A DNA stretch of 63,776 nt, counting the filler, from Malassezia furfur (taxonomy: Eukaryota), in assembly GCA_052055015.1 (NCBI GenBank). It is 2 parts of 2 records of this genome, joined end to end, with 100 filler letters (N's around TTAATTAATTAA, not from the genome) between each part and the next. Parts side by side here need not be neighbours in the genome. Positions count along the whole stretch, not along the records: positions 31,956 to 63,776 come from JBQJIT010000091.1; 1 more part is not named here. One strand, written 5' to 3'. The notes beneath the pieces were generated by a model that was not told the origin of the DNA, did no database searches, and was given only the letters and a program-made list of their open reading frames with translations. Positions 40,501 through 49,213 of the stretch are shown one piece after another; the stretch's first letter is position 1, and each line of letters starts with the position of its first letter. A program made the position numbers and the translations under genes.

Positions 40501-41491
40501 CGGCGTCGGCATCTCGGGCCTCGAGGGTCTGCAGGCTGCGCGGAGCGCCGACGTGTCCATCAGTCAGTTCCGCTACCTGAAGAAGCTGCTCCTCGTGCAC
40601 GGCAACTGGAGCTATGCGCGGCTGAGCAAGATGATTTTGTACAGCTTCTACAAGACGGTCACGCTGTACCTCACGCTCTTCTGGTTCTCCTTCTACAACC
40701 GGTTCTCGGGCCAGACGGCGTACGAGAGCTGGACACAGTCGTTCTACAATGTCGTGTTCACCGTGATGCCGACGCTGGTCATCGGCATCTTTGACCAGTA
40801 CGTCAGTGCGCGCATGCTGGAGCGATACCCCCAGCTGTACCGCCAGGCGTTCTTCACGGGGCGCGACATTGCCGGCTGGATGCTCAACTCCGTGTACCAC
40901 TCCATCACCAACTTCTTCCTGGTGACCTACGCGTTCTACGACACGATCCAGGAGCGCAGCGGCGTCACCTCCTACCAGTGGATCTGGGGCACCACGCTCT
41001 TCTTTACGGTGCTCGTCACGGTGCTCGGCAAGGCGGCGATCGTGATGAATCTCTGGACGCGCTACACCGTGATGGCGATCCCCGGGTCGCTGGCCGTCAC
41101 GCTCGTCTTCTTCGTGGTGTTTGCGACGGTCGCGCCCGCGCTTGGCGTCTCGCGCGAGTACTTCCACATTGTGCCGCGGATTTTGGGCCTGCCGCTCTTC
41201 TGGCTGCTTTTGGTGTTTGTGCCGATCGCGTCGCTGCTGCGCGACCTCGTGTGGCGCTTCTGGCAGCGCACCTACCGCCCGCGCTCCTACCACATTGTGC
41301 AGGAGATGCAAAAGTACAACCTGCAGGACATCTACCCGCGGGCGGACCAGTTCCAGCAGAGCATCCGCAAGGTGCGCGCAGTGCAGCGCCTGCGCCGCTC
41401 GCGCGGCTACGCCTTCTCGCAAACCGAGGGCGACCAGGCGCACCTCATCCGCCAGTACGACACCACCCAGGCGCGCCCGCTCGGTCTGTAG
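37562..41491 (+). CDS. DRS2: P4-ATPase phospholipid flippase Drs2
   Basis: QQIPGVSPT (QQ motif), DGETNLK, PISL, SDKTGTLT, GDGANDV and C-terminal GYAFSQ. Confidence 0.95.
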   Translation: MDDIESLFSSRPAARAGYAPPAQVDDEEPSHVLFGNDDVDLLGDDVPVQPTRTTTERGDAPSLRRAESSASAHKTDSLYGDDRADAWEFAYGDDMQLRPMGSSKTIEADDDADADMFVSSSRPGPSRPAASGRRGTQRRTKPNPRVAAAREAPSKPSIVSMLLQDAHWQIRSLRQRIRREIQKYRGQYTAQQSRTIHLNDPAANAGNLDFQSNQVMTNKYNVVTFLPLFLLEQFSKYANVFFLFIGCLQQIPGVSPTNRWTTLVPLGIVLLVSALKEVSEDWRRYKADAELNASLIPVLDAETESWVPKSWRDVRVGDVVRVERNGFFPADLVLLSSSEPEGLAYVETANLDGETNLKVKQALPATAKLVTAASMSRLRGTIVCEAPNNSLYTFDGTLKPSSDAALPVGPDQLLLRGSQLRNAPWVYGLAVFTGHDTKLLQNATKTPLKRTRVDKQVNSLILSLFVLMLALAIVCSIGALIASRSARRNALYLMPMLDDRTSARAFVESVLTFIILYNSLIPISLIVSMDLVKFQQASLINSDLDMYYEASDTPAQCRRSNLVEDLGQVDYIFSDKTGTLTRNEMEFKQAIVGGVAFADTLGEVPLDDEYDGGRLVTGQRTWAQLPDILRDNVDQLRAPLDEFLTILAVCHTVIPERQGDKVVFQASSPDEAALVSGAERLGYRFVTRKPRSVFVDVRGDVREYEILQVCEFNSTRKRMSTVVRQPNGQISLYCKGADTVILPRLTPGQATETTLSQLETYAAEGLRTLCIAKRDLDRDTYRAWAQKYDSAAASLEERAAKLDAVAEEIEQQLTLVGATAIEDKLQEGVPETIATLQSAGIKVWVLTGDRQETAINIGYSCRLISESMSLLIVNETTPEDTATAIRQQLDTVHEQLADVNGLQEELALVIEGRSLQHALDPAVAPLFLELAAACKAVVCCRVSPLQKALVVELVKVHTSSILLAIGDGANDVGMIQAAHVGVGISGLEGLQAARSADVSISQFRYLKKLLLVHGNWSYARLSKMILYSFYKTVTLYLTLFWFSFYNRFSGQTAYESWTQSFYNVVFTVMPTLVIGIFDQYVSARMLERYPQLYRQAFFTGRDIAGWMLNSVYHSITNFFLVTYAFYDTIQERSGVTSYQWIWGTTLFFTVLVTVLGKAAIVMNLWTRYTVMAIPGSLAVTLVFFVVFATVAPALGVSREYFHIVPRILGLPLFWLLLVFVPIASLLRDLVWRFWQRTYRPRSYHIVQEMQKYNLQDIYPRADQFQQSIRKVRAVQRLRRSRGYAFSQTEGDQAHLIRQYDTTQARPLGL

Positions 41492-41517
41492 TCGTGCGCC
41501 GTGTACCATCTATAGCG

Positions 41518-42502
41518 CTACTTTTTGCTGTACCGCGACGCATCCAGCGGGAAGAGCTGGTCAAAGTTGGCCCGGTCCAAGAACCACGGCTCGGCGCGCA
41601 GCCCGCGCGCGACGTGCGCCTCGTGCGCCTGCGTCTCGGCGGCGGGCGGCGCATAGTTGGGCGGCTGCGCCCAGTCGGTCGGGCCCTTGAATACGGTCTG
41701 CCACCACCGCTTGGCTCCACCCAGGGGCGGCTCGCCGAGCAGCAGCGTACGCGACGGCTCTGCGGACAGCTGGAACGCGAGGCGTGCGTCGCCCACACGC
41801 AGCATCAAGTTGTCCTGCAGGTCGATCTTGGGGATGCTCGGCGCGACGCGGTTCACCATCGTGCGCAGGTGCGGCGGCAGATCGACGTGGTCCTTGACAA
41901 GCTGGTTGCATGCCGAAACCTCGCTGCCGAGCGCCGATCCCTGCAGCCGGTACACCTCGTTCAGCGGCACGAGCCGCTCAAACGGATCCTGGTCCGACAC
42001 GACGCCCGCGCGCTGGAAAAAGGGGCGCTGCCGCACGAACCGTGGGAGCCACAGCGCCGGCGACGGCGCCGCAGTGCGCAACCCCACCATCTTTGTGCGG
42101 GGGTACACGGTGACGCGCGTGATCATGCGGCTCGGCGAGTACCAAAAGTACCACCCACACAGCGACGAAATCAGCACCGTACCAAACGCCGCCGTATACC
42201 GGAACGCTGGGCGTGCGAGCTCCGGCGGGTTCTCCGGGTCCGACACAAACAGAGGCCACGACAGGTAGTCGCGGATGAACAGAGAAAAGTTGATGCTGGT
42301 GTCAGCACGTAACGTACCCCGCAAGGATGAAGCAGGTGCCCGCAAGGACGTACCACGGGCGGCGCATGTACGCGCCGCCGCGGAAGATGACACGCGCCGC
42401 CGGAACGGGCGCGCGTGCCTGACTGGAATAGTGCCGCGCTGTGCCCATACACAGCCGGGGCGCCGTGGGCACCCACCGCAATGCTGCAAACGCACGCGCC
42501 AT
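41518..42502 (-). CDS. Probable mitochondrial membrane protein (weak TMEM223-like resemblance)
   Basis: Arg-rich presequence-like N-terminus (MARAFAALRW...RHYSS), a 22-nt intron at 42296-42317, then two TM-like segments followed by PSRMITRVTVYP. Confidence 0.55.
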
Positions 42503-42661
42503 GTCGCACGCTCTTCGAAGCTGCTGACCAAGCGGCGCTCGCCGGCGCCCTGGCCGCGCTGTTGATTTTTTTTTAGCGCCAGGCCAATCAACGGTGGAGA
42601 TTCGCGTGCTGCTCCTCCAGAACGCGCGACCGACAAAATCCACTGGCGGTACTGGCTTCGA

Positions 42662-43777
42662 ATGAGCGCCGCTGCACGACCGGGGAGTAACTGGAGCGCG
42701 CTTCAGAATAAGCTGCGGGACGGCGCGCCACCGCATCGCGCACGGCACGAGCCGAAGTCCGCGCGGCGGCCGTCGGACGGGACGATGGCGCGGCAGGCAC
42801 CCGACACCAAGCCGCTGCCGTGGTTTGCCGAGGACCTCACGCCCGAGGACCTCGCGCTGGTCCTGTCGACGTCCGGTGCGACCGAGTCGGAGCTCGAGAA
42901 GCGCGATCTGCCGCGTGAGCAGGTGGAGCAGCTCAAGCAAAACGCCGTGCAGTGGGAGGGCTATCTTGACGAGGCCACCAAGCGGCGCATTGTGCTTGGC
43001 GAGAACGACGCCGACTTTACGCCGGAGAAGAAGGAGCTCGGACACTATATCGGCATCGACTGCGAGATGGTCGGTGTCGGTCCTGGCGCGCGCGGCTCGG
43101 CGCTCGCGCGGGTGACGCTGGTCAATTGGCACGGCTTTGTGGTGTACGACAAGTTTGTGCGCCCGCAGGAGAAGGTGACCGACTACCGTACGTGGGTGTC
43201 AGGTGTGCGCCCCGCGGACCTGCGCAAGGCGCCCACATTCGCAGTGGTGCAGCACGAGGTCGCGGATCTGATCAAGGACCGCGTGCTTGTGGGCCATGCG
43301 ATCGAGAACGACTTGCGCGCGCTGATGCTGTCGCACCCCCGCCCACAGATCCGCGACACGGCGCAGTTTGCGCCGCTGCGCGAGCTGTCTGGGCGCAAGC
43401 ACCCCGGCCTGCGCACGCTTGCCAAGCTTGTGCTCGGCATCGAGATCCAGAAAAAGGGCCACGCACACAGTCCCGTCGAGGATGCGCGCGCGACGATGGC
43501 CATCTTCCGCACGCAAAAAACCGCGTGGGACAAGGCACTGGGCGTGCACACCTCGAGCAAGCTGCGCAAGCGCACCTCGGTCGAGATGGCCGTCGAGACG
43601 AGCGTCGCGGAGGAGGCGTACGGCGGCGCGACGGTGGTGCGCACCAAGACGTCGCGGATTGCGCGCGCCCCTGCGCCGCCCGTGCCGCAGCTGAGCGGTG
43701 CGACGGCCACGCGCGAGAAGCCGCGGCGCGACACGGCGCGCGTCAAGGCGGCGCCCGAGTGGTGGTTGAACGATTGA
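42662..43777 (+). CDS. REX4: RNA exonuclease 4 (DEDDh)
   Basis: SNW..L, IDCEMVGVG, VTDYRTWVSGV, VGHA..NDL and HSPVEDARATM. Confidence 0.93.
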   Translation: MSAAARPGSNWSALQNKLRDGAPPHRARHEPKSARRPSDGTMARQAPDTKPLPWFAEDLTPEDLALVLSTSGATESELEKRDLPREQVEQLKQNAVQWEGYLDEATKRRIVLGENDADFTPEKKELGHYIGIDCEMVGVGPGARGSALARVTLVNWHGFVVYDKFVRPQEKVTDYRTWVSGVRPADLRKAPTFAVVQHEVADLIKDRVLVGHAIENDLRALMLSHPRPQIRDTAQFAPLRELSGRKHPGLRTLAKLVLGIEIQKKGHAHSPVEDARATMAIFRTQKTAWDKALGVHTSSKLRKRTSVEMAVETSVAEEAYGGATVVRTKTSRIARAPAPPVPQLSGATATREKPRRDTARVKAAPEWWLND

Positions 43778-43785
43778 TCGTATGG

Positions 43786-45532
43786 CTATGTATGCAGATG
43801 CGCTGTGTTGCCAAACAGCGACTTGTACATGAACGCCTCGCTGAGGAGCATTTCGGCGTCCTTGTCCGACCAGTTTTGCGTCGGGAGGCTCTGTAGAAAC
43901 ATAATGATTCCCTGGAAATCCATCTCAAGCAGTTGCGTGCGCCAGCGGTGCAGGAAGACGGCACAGACAAACGGATGGAAGTCGGAGAACGCGTCGGCGC
44001 CCTCGGCGAGGTAGGTGTCCCAGATGCGGATGATGCTCTTGACGCTCATCTCGCGCATCAACAGGCAGTTGATCCACCGGAACGAGAACTGCACGTACTC
44101 CACGCCCTCGTCCTGCAGGTGCTTGTGCAACGGCGCTGCGTCAGTCAGTAGGCCACGTACCGTCTACGCGCGCCACCACTTCGCCCATGCGCCGCAGCTG
44201 GCGCTGGATCCCGGGCTGCGCAAAGATATAGTTGTCCTGGATGCCGTCCAGCAGCTTGGACAGGCACCAGAACGTGTCCGCCTCGAGCGCCTGCAGCGCA
44301 CGCGGCGGCAGCTGCGCCAGGTCATACTGCTCGGGGTCCGAGTCGATGTACGCCGAGAGGAACACCTCGAAGAAGGGCGTCGCCAAGTCGTTGATACCCT
44401 GCACGTAGCCGCTTGCAGGGTGCCGGATCGCCCACACGTACAGCAGCCGCTCGAGCGCACGCTGCGTCGCGTCCTGCTGCCACAACCGGATCCCCGGGTT
44501 GGTGCGCGGGACATCGATGTGGATCTGGTGCCAGATCGCTTGGTCGAGCGACTGCGTGCCGCGCGACAATGCGCGCTCGACACCCGCCGCATACTCGGCG
44601 CGCTTGCGTGCGAGCGTGCTGGCACGCTGCGGCGCCGACACGGGCAGGTAGCCGAGCAGCATCGGCCACACGATCGGACGCAGCGCACTCGGCACGCCCT
44701 TCCACGCGAGCGTACGCAGCGCCGCGAGGTCAATCTCGTCGCTCTCGAGGCACTGCGCAAACTGCTGGTAGCGCCGGAGCGTGCGCGAGCTCGGGCGCCG
44801 GCGGAGCTCGGCGCTGCTGGCCGGCACCGAGCTGGACGACGCCTGCCGCACCGGCTGCGGCCGCGGCGGACGGGGTGGCTCGGGCGCCGACGAGGGTGCA
44901 AACGAGCCGAGCGTCATCATGATGCCGTCGCCAGTCGTGGCGAGCGGGTCGAATGCCGGGGCGCTCGGTGCTGCGTACGACGCGTGCAGCCCGAGGTCGT
45001 CGCCGTCGTCGTCGTGCGGCGCCGACGCCGACGCCTCGCTTGGCTCGAGCGTCCGCTCCGACTCGGGCTCGGGCGCCGCGTACATGCGCTGCAGCTCGGT
45101 GCGGTAGGTGGTGAGGGCCTCCATCGGGTCTGGCGGTTAGGGTAACGCGGCGGCGCACGTACCGTCGATCAGCGCGTCCAGGTCGGGGCGGGGCGGCAGC
45201 GAGTCAGGCGAGACGAGCGACATGCTGCGCTCGGCCCACGACGAGACAAACGCGTCCATTCTGTCCGTGCCCGACGTGCTGCGGGACGCAGGCGCCTCTA
45301 CTTGGCGCACGGGCGCCGCAGGCACGGGCGCCGAGGGCGCTGCGGGCGCGTCCTGGGGCAGGTGTTGGTACGACTCCTCTTTGTGTGCATCCATAGCGCG
45401 CGTCCACGCGGCGCTGGGCGTGCGGCGAGTGGCGATGCGCGTGACAAACTCTTCATCGTCCGAGTTGGATGCCCACGCCTCGTCGTCCCAGCCGTCGTCG
45501 ACGCGCGGCTTGCGTGGCGAGCTTCGGCGCAT
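43786..45532 (-). CDS. GYP1: TBC-domain Rab GAP Gyp1
   Basis: LR.LAW.GVP, QI.IDVPRTNP, IRHPASGYVQGINDL, EADTFWCL, QFSFRW.NCLLMRE and WDTY. Introns 45130-45162 (33 nt) and 44136-44160 (25 nt). Confidence 0.92.
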
Positions 45533-45591
45533 GGCCAGTGCTGCGTGCAGCGGTCGTGGTACGTCACGTGGCTAGCGGGAGGGTATGGAAG

Positions 45592-46085
45592 CTACCGAAT
45601 CAAGAGGTAGACGTTGGTGCCCACGGTGATCTTGCTGAGGTGACGGTACGAGCCGGTGAGCGCCATGAGTAGGCCGCCGAACGAGCCGTACACCGTGACC
45701 TGCTCGGTGCTGCGCTCGTCGTACTTGAAGATCTGCATAAGTCGGTGCGCTGCGACGTACCTTGCCGTACATCACGTAGTCAAAGTCCGCAGACAGGTCG
45801 TCGCCGCCATCGCCACGCCACGCATCGCGGTCCGCCTGCACCTCCTCGCCATCGCCCTTTTCGCGCCGCAGCGACGAGACGAGCTGGAAGGTGAGCTGCT
45901 GACCGACGTGGATGGGGTAGATGTCGGTTGCAATGTCGATCGAGAGCGTCATGTCAAGCATGGACGACGACGCAATGATGCGCGATACTGCACGGTTAGC
46001 ACAACCACATACCCCGGTCGAACTTCTTGCCATCCGGGTCGATTTGCTGCACGACGAACTGCGTGTCAAACAGGCTATGGCTCAT
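45592..46085 (-). CDS. RPB8: RNA polymerase I/II/III shared subunit Rpb8
   Basis: LFD..F.V..IDPDGKKFDR|VSR, DFDYVMYGK|IFK and SFGGLLM.L.G. Introns 45988-46012 and 45733-45760. Confidence 0.93.
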
Positions 46086-46104
46086 CTCGTCGTCGAAAGA
46101 AAGC

Positions 46105-46110
46105 CACGTG
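46105..46110. promoter_or_regulatory. CACGTG E-box in the 36-bp RPB8/BTS1 divergent promoter
   Basis: CCACGTGA between the ATGs at 46085 and 46122. Confidence 0.6.
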
Positions 46111-46121
46111 ATCTTCGCACC

Positions 46122-47108
46122 ATGGAGGAGCGCAGCGCTGCACGCGGCGCGCACGGGGCAGCGGACGACGCAGCGTGGTGCGACACGGTGCTGCAGCGTC
46201 TGAGTGGGCACGGCGCATGGTCGGATGCACAAGAGCGTGAGGTGCTCGAGCCGTACCGCTACCTGGATGAGCACCCGGGCAAGGAGATCCGCACGAAGCT
46301 CATCGACGCGTTCTGCGTCTGGCTGCCGCTCGCACCAGACGCGCTTGCGCGCGTGACAGACGTGGTGCGCCGCCTGCACACGGCCAGTCTGCTGGTGGAC
46401 GACATCGAGGATAACTCGGCGCTGCGTCGCGGCGCGCCGACGGCACATACGATCTATGGCGTAGCGCAGACGCTGAATGCGGCCAACTACGTCTACTTCG
46501 AGGTGCTCGGCACACTGACCGAGGCGGCGCCCGAAGTGCATGCGATGGTGATCGAGGAGTTGGTACGCCTGCACCGTGGGCAGGGCATGGACCTGTACTG
46601 GCGTGAGAATCTCGTGTGCCCCACCGAGGAAGAGTACGTCGAGATGGTCATCAACAAGACGGGCGGTCTGTTTCGCATCGCGATCCAGCTCATGCGCGCA
46701 TGGAGCAGCGCGGCGCCGCCCGACCTCGTGCCGCTCGTCAACTTGATTGGGCTGCTCTTCCAGGTCCGCGACGACTACGCGAACCTGCAGGATGCGCCGC
46801 TGCAGGCGAACAAGGGGTTCTGTGAGGACCTGACCGAGGGCAAGTTCTCCTTCCCCATTGTGCATGCGATGCGGCACGGCAGCGAGCGCCAGCTGCTGCC
46901 GATCTTGCGGCAGCGCACGACGAACGTCGAGACAAAGCGGTTTGCGCTGCAGTGCTTGGAGCACAGCGGGAGCTTTGCGTACACGCGCGAGGTATTGCGG
47001 CGCCTGCACGCCGAGGCGCAGCGCGAGGTGCAGCGCCTCGAGGCGCAGCTGGGCACGCCGAACCCCCAGCTGCTGCATATTCTGGCCGCGCTCGAGATGG
47101 ATGCGTAG
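46122..47108 (+). CDS. BTS1: Geranylgeranyl diphosphate synthase (type III)
   Basis: PY.YL...PGK.IR, LHTASLLVDDIEDNS.LRRG, LHRGQGMDLYWR, KTGGLF, FQVRDDY.NL and EDLTEGKFSFP. Confidence 0.93.
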   Translation: MEERSAARGAHGAADDAAWCDTVLQRLSGHGAWSDAQEREVLEPYRYLDEHPGKEIRTKLIDAFCVWLPLAPDALARVTDVVRRLHTASLLVDDIEDNSALRRGAPTAHTIYGVAQTLNAANYVYFEVLGTLTEAAPEVHAMVIEELVRLHRGQGMDLYWRENLVCPTEEEYVEMVINKTGGLFRIAIQLMRAWSSAAPPDLVPLVNLIGLLFQVRDDYANLQDAPLQANKGFCEDLTEGKFSFPIVHAMRHGSERQLLPILRQRTTNVETKRFALQCLEHSGSFAYTREVLRRLHAEAQREVQRLEAQLGTPNPQLLHILAALEMDA

Positions 47109-47206
47109 ACGTGCACATCGGTGTGGATGCGGATACAGTGCACTATGGTGCGGCCAAGCGTGGCCAGGAAGCGATGGGTCGGTGGGGCGGCACAGGCGCA
47201 CGGTGC

Positions 47207-49057
47207 TCAGCCCCACACGGACGACGGCTTGGAGCCCTCCTGGGCGGCGCCGATCTCGAGCTCCTCCCACTGCTGTACAAACTCGGCATAGGCCTGCGCG
47301 CGGGGCGCCTCGGGGCGCGCAATGACCTCGAACGGCGCGCTGGCGCCGCCCGATGCGCGGGCTTTCTCGATGCACTGGTGGAACGGCACGTGCGTCTTAT
47401 TCCGCGCACACTCCCACGTCCACCGCGCGCGGTATGCCGAGCCGACCGAGCCGATGTTGTACGGCACGCGCTCGTCCGAGTCCGAGGTGCGGCCCACGAT
47501 CACCGGGCGAGCGACCTCGCAGTTGAGCACGTTCGAGAGCAGCTGGCACAGTGTGCGGTTCTCGGCGGCGCCGCCGACGACGTATACGCGCGAGAGCTGC
47601 ATGCCCTTGGTCGCGCCCAGCACGCGTGCAATGCGCATGCGGAAGTCCATAAACTGGCTCTGGACGATCGCGCGCGCGTTATGGCGCGGCAGCGCAAAGT
47701 CCTTGACGCGCTCCCACTGCGTGCCGCGGCACTCGAAGCGGTGGACGCCGCGCGCGTCCCAGGGGAGAATCTCGGGGCGGATCCAGTAGAAGCCGACGCC
47801 CTGGCGGTCCGGGTGGGATGCGCCGCCCTCGTCAATGGCGGCGTTGAACGTGTCCCAGGAGCCGTCGCAGTAGGTGTCGCGCACCCATTCGCGCGTCAGC
47901 GAGCCGTTCTTGTACACAAACATCATAAAGTAGCGCGGCGTCTCGGTGTCGTTGGCACAGTGCACCGGGTGCGTAAAGGTGTGGTACTGCGCCGAGGGCA
48001 GGTACTCGTTGCTCGGCAGCAGGATGGTGTCCGAGGTGCCCAGCGAGATGACCGCCTCGCCGAACTTGGGCGTGAGGCACTGCAGCGTCGCGGGGTTGTC
48101 GCCCGTGCCCTGCGCAATAAGGCAGTGCTCGTTGAGCCCGTAGCGCTGGTGCAGCCAGCTGCCGATGAACCCGATCGACTCCGCGGGGTCGTGCATCACG
48201 CGGCCGAGCATGCGCTCGAGCGTCTGGTGCCCACCGAGCGCCTCGGTGCCGGGCAGAAGCTTGCCGTTCTTATCGATGCGGTCTTCTTTGGAGACGTAGC
48301 GCAGCAGCGGCACGCTCCAGTGCGGCGGGTCAGCGCTCATATCCCACAGGTTCATGCCGCACGCATCGCTGCGGTCCAGCGGCGCGATGCGGCGCAGCGT
48401 ACCGGCGCCGAGCAGCGTCGCAAGGAAGTTGCTGACGAGCAGAATGTGCGCGGTCGCGACGTATTGCTGCGGCTCGTTCTTGCGCCAGCGCAGAATCTGG
48501 GCGGCAGTGAAGCGCGTGTGTGCAATGCTGCCCGTGACACGGCACAGCGCGGGGACGTAGCCGCTGCCCCACGTCGTGTTCGCATAGCGCATCAGCTCAT
48601 CACACTCCTCGAGCGTCGTGGCGTCCTGCCAGTTGGGCACGACCACACGCGAGAAGAAGCCGTGGCCGAGCTGTGCGTGCAGCGACTGGTCGCCGCGCAC
48701 CTTGCCGAGGCGCGCGCACGCATCCTCGCTCAGGCACACGGACGCATGCTGCTGGCCGCCGCACGAAATCGACACGATATGCTGCACTGGCCACTTGCGG
48801 CCGTGCACGATACGGTCCCACAGCATGTCCATCGCGCTCACGTACATCTCGACGGGCGCGGCGGCCGCGTCGGGCTCGTCGAGCAGCGGGTCGCCCGAAG
48901 GCAGCACGCCGCCCTTGGTGTGGAAGCGCGGCAGGTCGCGGTCGAAGTGCACGTGCACCTCGTCGATGCCCTGCAGGTGCACATCGAGCAGGGTGGCCTT
49001 GAGCGCCTGTGTGCTGAGGTCCAAGCCGAGGAACAAGGGCCCGGGCCCGTTCGTCAT
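47207..49057 (-). CDS. XKS1: Xylulose kinase (FGGY family)
   Basis: LFLGLDLSTQ.LK, GQQH, PNWQD, GS.AH.RFT..QI, DACGMNLWD, TGDNP, ISLGTSDT and YKNGSL.RE. Confidence 0.92.
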   Translation of the reverse strand: MTNGPGPLFLGLDLSTQALKATLLDVHLQGIDEVHVHFDRDLPRFHTKGGVLPSGDPLLDEPDAAAAPVEMYVSAMDMLWDRIVHGRKWPVQHIVSISCGGQQHASVCLSEDACARLGKVRGDQSLHAQLGHGFFSRVVVPNWQDATTLEECDELMRYANTTWGSGYVPALCRVTGSIAHTRFTAAQILRWRKNEPQQYVATAHILLVSNFLATLLGAGTLRRIAPLDRSDACGMNLWDMSADPPHWSVPLLRYVSKEDRIDKNGKLLPGTEALGGHQTLERMLGRVMHDPAESIGFIGSWLHQRYGLNEHCLIAQGTGDNPATLQCLTPKFGEAVISLGTSDTILLPSNEYLPSAQYHTFTHPVHCANDTETPRYFMMFVYKNGSLTREWVRDTYCDGSWDTFNAAIDEGGASHPDRQGVGFYWIRPEILPWDARGVHRFECRGTQWERVKDFALPRHNARAIVQSQFMDFRMRIARVLGATKGMQLSRVYVVGGAAENRTLCQLLSNVLNCEVARPVIVGRTSDSDERVPYNIGSVGSAYRARWTWECARNKTHVPFHQCIEKARASGGASAPFEVIARPEAPRAQAYAEFVQQWEELEIGAAQEGSKPSSVWG

Positions 49058-49213
49058 GGTCGCGGATGCAAGATACGTCCGCCGCACGGTGCCTGCGCCG
49101 CTGCGCGTCCCGGCGCTTCGCGCCGCGCTGCGGGGCGCTGACTCAGCCACGTGATGTAGCGCCAGCGCCGACGTACGCCCCTCCGTACCGAGCATCCACA
49201 AGCGGGGTTCCCG

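Noticed and set aside
46122..47108. GGPP synthase as the core of a terpene gene cluster
   Set aside because: Neighbours are RPB8, GYP1, XKS1 and KAP104; there is no cyclase, P450 or prenyltransferase nearby.
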